Shown here piece by piece: positions 1-10,759 of a DNA stretch of 64,000 nucleotides (positions are counted from its first letter, which is position 1; each line of letters starts with the position of its first letter). The stretch comes from Squalus acanthias. Its lineage: Eukaryota. Where the stretch lies: positions 6,262,001-6,326,000 of the forward strand of contig CM059453.1 of the NCBI GenBank assembly GCA_030390025.1. The letters run 5' to 3'. The notes beneath the pieces were generated by a model, which saw nothing but the letters and a program-made list of their open reading frames with translations, ran no database searches and was not told where the DNA came from. Made by a program: the position numbers and the translations under genes.

Positions 1-991
1 AGTAAAAGGTTTCGTAAGGCCCTTGTTGCCGCGAGGTGTACGATGGTCATTGAGGCAGTCGCTCTGGTTTCTTCTTGCGTGTCGGGCTGCTTGTGAAGTT
101 GTTGGCCTTCTTAGTTGAACTTCTTGCTGTAACTCTGCCTCTGTTTAAACTCTCTTCTTCCGAGCTGTGGAACTGCCTTCTTGCAGAAATGTGGAAACTG
201 CCTTCTGCCTGCTTGTCCTGAACTCTGTTACTGCAGCCCTGACTTCTTGCTGAAAACAGGCTTTTTGATTGAACTGCAGAACTGCCTTCTGTTGAACTTG
301 AACTGTAACTGTTTGATGGGCCTTCAGTTATACTAAATTGAAGTGGCCTTATTGTGTTTTTCGCGCCAAAACCGCTTTACTAAATCGGTATCGTGTTGAA
401 GTGATTCAGGTTTCGGTTGAGGCCTGTTCATTCTATTGTCTTAGGTTTTGGCGGGCTCGTTAAGTTTGATGATTTTAACTTTGTGTAAACTTGTCCTTTT
501 GGCTTCCGATTGTTTTCAGGCTTCTAGCATCCTGTTTGTGCCTGGGGATTTCAAAAGGGGTCTTGGATTATTCATTTTTGAATGTGTTTGTGAGGTTTTG
601 GATGAGGCTCATCCTCCTTGGTTGGATTGCAGTGCAAACATCTTCCAGACAGCTTGACTGTGGCCCAAAATCAAAAGCTGTCCACTACCTCAACACCCCC
701 TGCCCGCAGCCTGTATTGTTTCTGTGACTGCAAGGTTTCATTCAAAGTCATTTTTCCTCAGGGCTTTTCTTCCCTGATCCTTAAAAATGTCCAAAACTGA
801 GGTTTTGACCTCAAATTCCTTCACAGCCTTTTCTCCCTTTACAGGCCCAGACATGTTTTTAAAATGACAAAACTTGGTTTTTGGTCTTAAATTCCTTATG
901 TTAGGCCCAAATGCATTTTTATCACTCTGGGTTAGTTCCAAAGTCCTTTTTCCTTAGGCTTTGGGGATCTGCAAATGTTGGAAACCTTACA
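1..991 (-). repeat. 3' LTR (partial)
   Basis: Aligns with 4599-5590 at roughly 90-95% by eye. Begins TGTAAGG on the minus strand immediately after the purine tract. Confidence 0.92.
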
Positions 992-1003
992 GTCCCCCCA
1001 TCG
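992..1003 (-). promoter_or_regulatory. Polypurine tract
   Basis: Minus strand reads GATGGGGGGAC|TGTAAGG, abutting the 3' LTR. Confidence 0.75.
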
Positions 1004-1764
1004 ATACTTTGAGTTCACTACAGTATCGTCCTGGGTGGACAGAATTCCAGATCCCCGAAATCCAACCTTCCCATGTATTACCTATACTAAAATCCCAAAC
1101 ATACATTCCCCTTGAAATGTGGTGTTTCAGGTACATACAGGTCAGAATCAATAATACATACACATCCAATCACAGAGGAGGTCCAACACCCCTACACCAC
1201 TTGGAAAACTATAATACATACATAGTAAAATAATACACGATCACAAACTGTATTTATTTTAATAAAAACAAATTAAGGTTTGCCCTAAACCTGGCCATAG
1301 GCTTTATTGGAATGCTGGTCCCATGCTTTCTCATGTCGGGACCGGAGCATTCTGCCCTTTGACTGCCGATTTCTTTGCAGTAGGGACACACAAAACTGAC
1401 AGCCATGTCCCGAGAAGGTTCTTTGGCTGGACAGGTGATCGATTCTCGAGAAACTTTCAAAATTACTCACTAAAATCCTTAATTCTTAAAAATTATAAAA
1501 CTACCAAACTGTAAAACACTAAAATACATTAAAACTCTGTACATTCGCCGCCCGTCTCCCAGCGGCCAGACTAAACCCTGTTCGGGGTCTGCCTTTTGCT
1601 GCTTCTGAGCAGCCGGTAAGGTAGCCTGTCCCGCAGGATCCTGAGAGTCCTTCTACTACAGCACACTGCCTCCTTTGGTGTGGCTTCTTCTGAGACCCTG
1701 TCCTGTCCTGCGGGTTCCTCGCAGCCTGAGACCGCAGGCTGGGGACCCTTCTTGTGTTCTTGGC

Positions 1765-2424
1765 TCACAGCTGCCTCTGTGAGATCCTCTCTGCAGGAGG
1801 CTGTAGGCTGAGGAACCTTGTCCTCAGAATGATCCCTGACCTTGGGCGTTTATTTGCGGGTGACAACCCTTTTGGGTGGGACCCTTTAAACTGGTACACT
1901 GGAGACCAGGATGGTTTAGGCTTTGGTGTGCGGGGAGACCTTCTTAGGGCTCTGGCCACTGGGGGAGTGCCTGAGTCCCACATGATTGATGGCGTATACC
2001 CTTCTGTGCTACAAGTCTCTGTCCTCACCGCTGCAGTCTGTGAGTCTGCCACAGCTGCTGGCTGGGGATTTCTATCCTTTTTTAGTTTGGGCAACTCTGC
2101 TACCATGGCTTGCAACTGCGGGGTGGTGAATTCCCCCGGGGTTGTTAAGCAAACCATCCCTCTGGCTTTGGATAGGGCTTGCGTCAGAACTTTTATCCTT
2201 TCCTCACAGGGCCCATGGTTTAAATCCTCATACCCTCTGCTCCTGGCTACTCTGTAGGCTGCCTTTATGTCTCTAAGCTGCCCCTCCATCACGTCTACTT
2301 TACCCGTTAAGCGGGCGTTCTCCTCCCGCAAGGCCTGCTCATTAAACCTGGCCTCCTTACGGGAGGTCTCTTCCTGTGCGTGTCTTTCAAGGGGACACAG
2401 GTAGACAGGCTGCGCTGGTTCTAG
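1765..2424 (-). CDS. ORF in frame after the gag stop; contains a paralogous copy of the Gag N-terminal coiled-coil (HGPC...GMVCL) and a Pro/Arg-rich tail
   Basis: Open from TGA|CTA GAA CCA (LEPAQPVYLCPLER...) to the stop at 1765. EARFNEQALREEN...HGPCEERIKVLTQALSKARGMVCL aligns with gag EAKNNELSLREKN...HGPCQKQIERLNLALRMAKGMVCL. Confidence 0.7.
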   Translation of the reverse strand, partial: LEPAQPVYLCPLERHAQEETSRKEARFNEQALREENARLTGKVDVMEGQLRDIKAAYRVARSRGYEDLNHGPCEERIKVLTQALSKARGMVCLTTPGEFTTPQLQAMVAELPKLKKDRNPQPAAVADSQTAAVRTETCSTEGYTPSIMWDSGTPPVARALRRSPRTPKPKPSWSPVYQFKGSHPKGLSPANKRPRSGIILRTRFLSLQPPAERISQRQL

Positions 2425-4233
2425 TCATAGGTCTGGGTTGTATTGGGCAGATGGGGTCAGAGCACCGATGGTTGCTACTACTATCCCTGGGCCAGTCAAT
2501 AGTGTCCTCGTGGCGTCCAAAAATTACTCGACCGTGGCGGGAGGGATCCCTGTCTCTGCCTTTTGGGCTGGGGTTGAGGAATTCTTACCCTTGTTATCTT
2601 TCCAAGTATTCTTACACTTCTTCCTCCAGTGTCCATCCTTCCCACACCCGTAACAGTTAAGCCTTGTGCTGGAAGGGTAATTCCCTTCCTGGTGCCACTA
2701 CTTCCTACCCTGGCCGGGTTTCATTTCATGCACTTTCCCGTTTGGTGGGGCTCTTCAGCCCCTCTACCGTTCCGGTAGGCCAGGGTCAGCTGTCTGACCA
2801 ATGCATCTTCGGTGCCCGGGGGGTCACTCGGGTCAAAGCTCAGCCTTGGTTTTGATACGTGGCAAGCTGTTTGCCACTAGGCTTCGGAGCCAGTGTGCCA
2901 GCTCGTCCCGGTTTAGGTTCGCTCGGTCGAGATCCCCATTACAAGCACCCCTGTCCACAGGCCACAGCATGTCTGCGAAAGCCTGTGGTGTCTCCCCTTG
3001 GAGCTGCACTGTTTTCTCCACCCGGGAGAAAGGACTTCCCTCATTCATCCCCATGGCCTCTAAAACTTGCTCTCTGACGGCAGCAGACCCATTATGTACT
3101 CTCTTGCTCTCAGCAGAGAGGGTCGAGGTTAGCTTGCCGTCCAGTGAGAGCAGGAACATTTTTGCCATCTCGGCATCATCACAGTCATTGATGCCTGCTG
3201 CCTGTTCCACTTCCATGAAGTGGACTGAGGGGTGCCCCTGTTGGGTGAGTTTACTTACCAAAGCCCGAAGCTGTTGTGTACCGTGGGGAGCCAGGAACTG
3301 GTTTTGGAGGAGTCCCCCATCCCCATTGTCGGCGGGCGGGCCAAACCTTTGCTGCCGGGCCGGGCACATCGGCTCCGGTCCCAGCCTCTCTTGTGGGGGT
3401 TTTTCCACCTCAGCTTCTGCCCCTAACTCCACCCCCCTTCTTGCCAAACTTCGCTAAAGCTTGGCGCTATGGGTGGTGGTCGTGGGCCCTTCTGCTCATG
3501 AACCAGGTCATCCCTTGGCACTATCTGTGGTGTCTGAACCGTTCACCCCAGGTTCCCCACAAAGACTGCCTGGGCTGCACTCGGGCTTATGAGGCACACC
3601 ATGCCTTTTGCCATCCTTAGAGCAAGGTTCAGACGCTCTATCTGCTTCTGGCAGGGGCCATGGTCTGCATCCACAAACGCCTGTGCGCTCATTGCCTTAT
3701 AGGCTACCTGTAAGCCTTTTACTGTTTCCTCCTGCTCTCTTACTGGTTTTGCCAGGGGGGCATTCTTTTCCCGCAAACTCAGCTCATTATTCTTTGCCTC
3801 TGTGATGTGACACTGTAAATATTCCTGCCGGGTATTATGCTCCCCCACTAACTGCACCCTTTCCTGGTTCAGAGCCTGCAATGCTAACAGTAACTTATCC
3901 CCTGCTAGGGCCTCTGTTTGGACTTCCATGGCTGACTCCTGAATCTCGGCTGCCTGGGCTTCAACGAGTCTGTACAAAAATTGGATCTGTTTCTTGAAGC
4001 ACATCAGCAAGACTGCCTTTTCTGAGGCTTTTTTTATGATCCTTCCCTTCTGCCCATTTAGCTGCTGCATCTACCGGGCGCCCGGTCTTCAACGGATTAG
4101 TGACCCACTTCTTTTCTATAGTCACCTTGCTGAACTCATAATCAGAAATCCTCTCTTCCATTACAGTTCTCTCCTCAAAATCAGTGTCCACTGCTTCACA
4201 ACCCTTTTGCCAAGCTTCTGCCAAGGTCGCCAT
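2425..4233 (-). pseudogene. gag: Degenerate gag (coiled-coil N-terminus, capsid-like region, CCHC zinc knuckle)
   Basis: ORF pieces 4233-3961, 4070-3543 and 3447-2833 joined by frameshifts. MHR-like QLQGETPQAFADMLW. Knuckle CYGCGKDGHWRKKC at 2655-2614. Several in-frame stops; terminal TGA at 2427-2425. Confidence 0.88.
4215..4232 (-). promoter_or_regulatory. Primer binding site (tRNA-Arg-like, tentative)
   Basis: TGGCGACCTTGGCAGAAG begins 3 nt after the LTR-terminal CA. It resembles the complement of a vertebrate tRNA-Arg(TCG) 3' end (recalled, not searched). Confidence 0.65.
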
Positions 4234-4235
4234 TA

Positions 4236-5590
4236 TGTGGGGGGTGGTGTGGTAGTGGTCAGCCTCACCTCTGACTCAGTGAGCGGATCGAATCGCTCGC
4301 AGGCAGCTGGTTCTAGACCTTGGACTTATTTAGTGGTTGTGAACAAAGATGCAGTAGACAACAGGTTCTAAAGAAATAATTTTGACTTTATTAAAAGGAA
4401 AAGGTAACAAACTTAAAACACACTTAACACTTAAACACAGGTTGGGGAACACGCGATACAGGCGAGGGAAATAACATTAGAAGAATAATTAGCCCCTCCC
4501 AATCCCACTTCACTAGCGAGGTTGGCCTCTGGAGAACCAGGGATAATGCTCACCAAACGAATTCTTGACAGTTGAGAGTTAGGGTTTAGAGTCTTTTGAG
4601 TAAAACGTTTCGTAAGGCCCTTGTTGCCGCGAGGTGTCCAATGGTCACTGAGGCAATCGCTCTGGTTTCGTCTTGCGTTTCAGTCTGCTTGTGAAGTTGT
4701 TGGCCTTCTTTGTTGAAATTCTTGCTGTAACTCTGCCTCTGTTTAAACTGTCTTCTTCCGAGCTGTGGAACTGCCTTCTTGCAGAACTGTGCAAACTGCC
4801 TTCTGCCTGCTTGTCCTGAACTCTGTAACTCCAGCCCTGACTTCTTGCTGAAAACAGGCTTTTTGATTGAACTGCAGGACAGCCTTCTGTTGAACTTGAA
4901 CTGTAACTGTTTGATGGGCCTTCAATTATACTAAATTGAAGTGACCTTATTGTGTTTTTCGCGCCAAAACCGCTTTACTAAATCGGTTTCGTGTTGAAGT
5001 GATTTAGGTTTCAGTTGAGGCCTGTTCATTCTATTGTCTTAGGTTTTGGCCGGCTCGTTAAGTTTTATGATTTTAACTTGGTGTTAACTTGTCCTGATGG
5101 CTTCCTATTGTTTTCAGGTTTCTAGCATCCTGTTTGGGCCTGGTGATTTCAAAAGGGGTCTTTGATTATTCATTGTTGAATGTGATTGTGAGGTTTTGGT
5201 TGAGGCTCATCCTCCTTGGTTGGATTGCAGTGCAAACATCTTCCAGACAGCTTGATTGGGCCCCAATAACCAAAAGCTGTCACTGCCTCACCACCCCCTC
5301 CCCGCAGGCTTTATTGATTCTGTGACTGCAGGGTTTCATTCAAAGTCATTTTTCCTCAGGGCTTTTCTTCCCTGATCCTTAAAAAATGTCCAAAACTGAG
5401 GTTTTGACCACAAATTCCTTCACAGCCTTTTCTCTCTTTACAGGCCCAGACATGTTTTTAAAATGCCAAAACTTGGTTTTTGGTCTTCAATTAATTCTGT
5501 TAGGCCGACATGCATTTTTATCACTCTGGGGTTGGTCCAGAAGTCCTTTTTTTTCGATTTTGGGGATCTGCAAATTTTGGAAACCTTGCA
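4236..5590 (-). repeat. 5' LTR (1355 bp)
   Basis: TG...CA termini; AATAAA at 4392-4387 (minus); TATAA near 4930 (minus); matches 1-991. Confidence 0.9.
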
Positions 5591-5614
5591 CTTCACAGGT
5601 CATTTTCTCTTAAT

Positions 5615-5885
5615 GTGGTCTTTCCCTACTCCATCCCCCTCCCCTCGGCCCCACACTTTCCTTCTCCCCTCCTCTCCGCCTCTTTCCACCTTCCTTTCCC
5701 TTTCACCCAACCCCTCCACCCAATCTCCTCTCCTCCCCCTCCTCCCTATCCCCCAACTCCCCATCATCTTCTCCCCTCCCACTCCTCTCTTTCAAATCTG
5801 GTCCACACACTTCCCCACCTCCCTCACCTCCCGCCCATTCCTCCCCTTCCCCTTCTCCCCTCCCCAGTCCCGCCCTCCCCTTCCC
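5615..5885. repeat. Polypyrimidine (C/T-rich) low-complexity tract
   Basis: About 270 bp dominated by C and T on the plus strand. Confidence 0.9.
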
Positions 5886-6559
5886 ATGACTTACGCACAG
5901 ATATCAGCGAAATCTGGGTGGAATCGGAAGATAAATCTATCAGGAAAGATTGAACGGGCTAGTGCTCTTTTCTCTTTCGTTTTACACTATTTTCACTTCC
6001 GCCATTTATTTAGCTCCTGTTCTGCATCGGATCACTTTGTGGGTCACTTATTCTGTATGTGGTCTTCCCCCCACACCAACATCGCGATCCCCTCTCCCTT
6101 TCAACTTCTTCTCACACCTGCCCTTCTTCCACAACCATCGCCTCCTCCCCATTCGCCATTCGACAGAAGGAGACCAGCTGACAAAATTGGGCCTGTTTCA
6201 GCAGAGTGCATCCGTTTGGAGATGTTCATCAGATTGTGCCCAGAAACTTGGGCGTGCAGGCACCCGTGGTCACAGCAATCCAGCGTTATTGACTTGTATC
6301 TGCCAGGACCAGCAAACAATGAAGCTGGACACTGTTGTCTTTCTCCTGCTGGTGCTATTACGATACATTCCTTTTAAATGCATCTACATTCATTCACTTA
6401 GAAGAGAGCAGTGCCCACGAATGTGATTCCAAGTGACTGCCGGTCACAGGTCTTACGTACCAAGACGTACCAGCAGTCAATTGAAGCCAAGAGCATTAAA
6501 TCAGTTAGAAATTTGGCTCGTTTTCCTATTCGGCGGAGGAACAGGTACCCGGCGGAGAT

Positions 6560-7080
6560 CTCTCCACGTGGGAGATCTTCGCTGTTCCATCTGGGATCTG
6601 GCGTGGAGAGTAATGCACGGGGCAGTCAGCTGAACAGGTATCGAAACAAATTTGCGGTCACCCAGGTTGCCTGCATTCTCGCCGCATGGAAGAGTCCGTG
6701 TTTCCCATCAATCTGCAGTGTGAAAGGTTGCAGCCTTTCTGCTACTGTTTGAAAGAGCTGGTCGCCAATTTCCGGTTGCACTTGAGTCCCACGGTCCTGA
6801 TCTTTGTCCAGACGGTGAGTAGGTGGGCGGGCAGGTCGGTGCACCTCCCGTGGGTGTGATCCTGGGCCTGACCAAGATGGCCATTAACAGGTCCATTCAG
6901 CACGTGGTCGAGGCGATCATTCGATCCGAATGCCTGCCTTCGCAGCTATGTCCACAGCCAGGTGTCATTGAAGATGGAACACGTGGTGTCCGCAGGTACG
7001 GTTGAGGCATTCACCGACCAGTGGGTAATGGAGGGACTAGAGTGCATAGTCGACATGGTCAGTAATGTTATAATGTAAAA
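6560..7080 (+). mobile_element. Tx1/L1-clade non-LTR retrotransposon 3' fragment
   Basis: IWDLAWRVMHGAV (zf-RVT-like) and VGVILGLTKMAINRS; homologous to 58330-58620. Confidence 0.75.
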
Positions 7081-8379
7081 ATGTTTTTCCTGTCAATCAC
7101 TGACAATTTGAAGTTTATTGTTCGTGCGTCTTTAAAAAGAGATCACTTTTGGCCGTTTGAATTTGACTGGTGAGACGTCACCCTCATTGAACAATCAGAG
7201 AGGCTTATTTCCTCGGATAGCTGCGCCGTTTTCTGATGCTGTAGAAATGCCCCTGTTCCAGTCACAAATCGATTCTGATCAATTACGCTGCTCGCTGATT
7301 CATGGGGAAGTTTACGCCTGGGCATATGCTAATGAGTTCTCCTGAACTCTTGATCGTAACTTCACCTCGTCAAAGCCGATGCAGTGTCCAGCGCATTCTG
7401 GGCGCATTTTCCTGATTGCGCCCCTAGCGCAAACTCCATTCCATCGTTACAAAACTGAGAGATATACGGAGAGTGAGAGAGAGCGAATGGGGGAGGAAGA
7501 CAGCGTGTGACAGAGAGTAAACACAAGCCTCAGTGAACAGGAACATATAAGAAACAAATAGAGAACGTAATGGTAGAACGAATTGAACTTGCGAAAGGAA
7601 GGATGTCATTGGGGATAGATAAGCAGACGGTTTAGTTTTCACTGAGGAACCCAGTGAAGTAGGAATGAAGTTGAGACAACTCAAGCAGTTTGATTAGGAC
7701 AGACTATGGCTTTAAATATCTCTAGATTGTAAGAGGAAGGGAAGATTGGAGAGGGGCGTATGGAAGAGCTTCACTGTTTTGAGAACTTGTGTAAGAATAG
7801 GGTTAGAGTGTCTGGTGATGTGACGAACCCTGAATTCAGCACGATGAGGGTGCAGGGCGCAAGACATGCCCATTAATATTCAACATCCTACCCAAGCCAT
7901 CTTAACCGTCCTTTCCTGCAACATTGTGCAAATTATTCAGAAATACGCTGCCTTACTGGCATTAATGTATGCCTAGTCCAATGTGAAATGCAATGTGTGA
8001 CCTCATTGCCTAATGGGTTGCAGTAGAATTTAAGAGGTGGGCGGTGGAATATGTTGTGGGTGGGAGTGGGCCAGTTTTCAATACTTAGAATCTGATTAAA
8101 GAACCAGATATGCCTTTTGTCTCTGTTTGAAAACAAATTTAGGATCCCAGAAGAGGCAATAAATTCATTAAAAAATATATAAAATATTGAAAAACACCGC
8201 GGGTCGGCCAGCGCCTGAAAGTGAAGACAAAGTTTTTCATCTGTTTAATCAAATAAATTTGCAACTTTTATTAGTACTGGAGAGGGGTAATTATGGCATA
8301 AAGATGTTATCGATTTGTTAATAACATCTCAAGAAGCAACATCTAAGTGGAGAACGTGAAACATACAATGGAAGAAACA

Positions 8380-8765
8380 AGTTATATTTATTTTGAGCCT
8401 TTCATCACCTCAGGACGACCCAAAACGATTTACAGCCAATGAAGTACTTATGATGTATACTCACTTTTGTAATGTATGAAACGTGGCAAACAATTTGAGA
8501 ACAGCAAGCTCCCACAAACAACTATCTGATAATGGCCGGGTAATTTGTTATGGTGATGTTGGTTGAAGGATTAGTATTGGCCCAGGACACCGGCAAGATC
8601 TTTGCTGCTCTTCTTCGAAATAGTGGCAGGCTTTTATTTTTAGGGCGACCTAAGAGGACGGACCGGGCCATGCTTTATCGTTTCATCTTAAACACAGCAG
8701 CTCCGACAGTCCAGCACTGCACTGATGTGTCAGCCCAGAATGTGTGCTCAAGTCTCTGGACTTTC
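8380..8765 (-). mobile_element. DeuSINE-like (SacSINE1-type) SINE
   Basis: Shared core acagccaatgaagtact...acagcaagctcccacaaaca...gcccaggacacc, repeated near 12570, 26490, 27615 and 55060. Confidence 0.7.
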
Positions 8766-9324
8766 AGTCACAGCTGATTAATTAATAGCGAGATAATTAT
8801 CAGCAGGTATTATTTGTTATGTCGATATATTATTAATATGGATGCTGTGGGCTCTCACTTTACATTACAGCTTAAACATGCAGCTGCAAACATTATAGGT
8901 CATTTCACAATACAGCACAATGTATAACCGGATGCTGCCTGACCACAATTAACCTCATTCTTGTTCAATTGTTCAAAATTATTTACACCCTAAGACGTCA
9001 CAGATGGCCTGCAGTCACCACAACTATTTGGGCTCTAAATAGAAACGAGGTCTGCACGCATCTGCTCTGGAGCTGGTACACGCACGAGGCGTAAACAAAC
9101 CCACTGCGGAGCAGCACATCAAAAGAGAACAGTGGGTGAGAATCTGAAGATGCTTCATATGAACCGGCAGTATTAAACACAAACTGGGTCTCAGAACTAA
9201 ACACACATCCCAAAACTAGGCAAAAACTTAACTGTTACCTGGGTGAGAAAAAATGTCCCTAAACTAGTCATTAAAACCAAACTGGGGCATGAATCTGGAA
9301 CAAAATCCCTAATTTATTCAAAAA

Positions 9325-9565
9325 CAACAATAACAACAACTTGTATTGATATAGCGCCTTTAACGTCGTAAAACGAACCAAGGCGCTGCACAAGAGTATT
9401 GTAAGACAAAACAATTGACTCCGAGCCACATAAGGATAAATTAGAGCAGGTGACCAAAAGCTTGATCAAAGAGGTAGGTTTTAAGGAGCGTCTTAAAGGA
9501 GGAAAGTGAGGTAGCGAGGCGGAGAGGATTATGCAGGGAATTCCAGAGCTTAGGGCCTAGGCAAC
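9325..9565 (-). mobile_element. L2-clade LINE 3' end
   Basis: CLGPKLWNSLHNPLRLATSLSSFKTLLKTYLFDQAF, a typical L2 C-terminus. Confidence 0.7.
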
Positions 9566-9726
9566 ACGTTGCTGTTTGTGGGAACTTGCTGAGCGCTAAT
9601 TGGATGCCGCGTTTCGTACATTGCAAAATTGCTACAAATCAAAAGAACTTCACTGGCTGTAAAGCACATTGGGAAGTTCGGTGGTCGTGAAAAGCGCGAT
9701 ATAAATGCAATGTCTTTTTTTTTGGA

Positions 9727-10510
9727 ATCATAGAATCATAGCAAGTTACAGCACGGGAGGCGGCTATTTCGGCCCATCGTGTCCGCGCCGGCCAATAAAG
9801 AGCTATCCAGCCTAATCCCACTTCGCAGCTCTTGGACCGTAGCGCTGAAGGTTACAGCAGCCCAAGTACTTTTTAAAGGTGTTTAGTGTTCCTGCCTCTA
9901 CCACCCTTTCAGGCAGTGAGTTCGAGGTCCCCACAACCCTTCTGGTGAAGAAATTTTCCCTCAAATCCCTCTAAACCTTCCACCAATTACTTCAAATCTG
10001 TGTCCCCTGGTTTTTGACCCTTCTGCTAAGAGAAATAGGTCCTTTCTATCCACTTTATCTGTGCCACTCATAATTTTATACACCTCAGTAAGGTCTCCCG
10101 TCAGCCTCCTCTGTTACAAGGAAAACAGAGCCAGCCTATCCAGTCTTTCCTCATTGCTAAGATGCTCTACTCCTGGCAACATCCTTGTACATCTCCTCTG
10201 TAACCTCTCGAGTGCAATCACATCTTTCCTGTAATGTGGTGACCAGAACTGCACGCAGTACTCCAGCTGAGGCCGAACTAGTGTTTTGTACAGTTGAAGC
10301 ATTACCCCCCTGCTCTTGTGCTCTATGCCACGGCTAATAAAGACAAGCATTCAGTATGCCTTCTTAACCACCTTATCTACCTGGCCTGCTACCTTCAGGG
10401 ATCTGTGGACATGCACTCCAAGGTCCCTTTGTTCCTTTGCACTATTTAGTGTCCTACCATTTAATGTGCATTCACTTTCCTTGTTAGCCCTCCCCAAATG
10501 CATTACCTTT
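9727..10510 (-). mobile_element. CR1-clade LINE 3' fragment
   Basis: LYKTLVRPQLEYCVQFWSPHYRKD; short-repeat 3' tail near 9727. Confidence 0.88.
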
Positions 10511-10759
10511 TAGATACAATAGAGAAATTAACGCTAATAATAGATGAGCTTGTGAAATGGAATTATACAGTTGGGGTAGCTAAGCAGAAGTTTTAGTTTT
10601 CAGAGAGAAATCCGCTGCTGCAGGGAAAAGTAGGAATGAAGCTGAGACAACTCAATCAGTTAGCTTTGGGCAGATTAGAGCTTTACATTTCTCTAGAGTG
10701 CAAGAGGAAGTGAAGGAAAAAAGGAGGTGGGTGGCAGAATTGCACAAGGAGAATATAAC

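Larger units (their letters stand above)
1..5590 (-). mobile_element. Non-autonomous LTR retroelement / endogenous retrovirus-like element (degenerate gag, no pol); 3' LTR truncated by the window edge
   Basis: Direct repeat 1-991 vs 4599-5590. On the minus strand the LTRs start TGTAAGG (991) and TGCAAGG (5590), and the complete LTR ends ...CCACA (4236). A PBS follows the 5' LTR, a PPT precedes the 3' LTR, and a gag with a CCHC knuckle lies inside. Confidence 0.92.

Noticed and set aside
2801-3457. 218-aa plus-strand ORF (also 1754-2257)
   Set aside because: Antisense shadows of the minus-strand gag and second ORF; no motifs.
5463-6377. 304-aa proline-rich ORF
   Set aside because: Starts at a non-ATG codon inside the LTR and runs through a stop-poor polypyrimidine tract; no domain signal.
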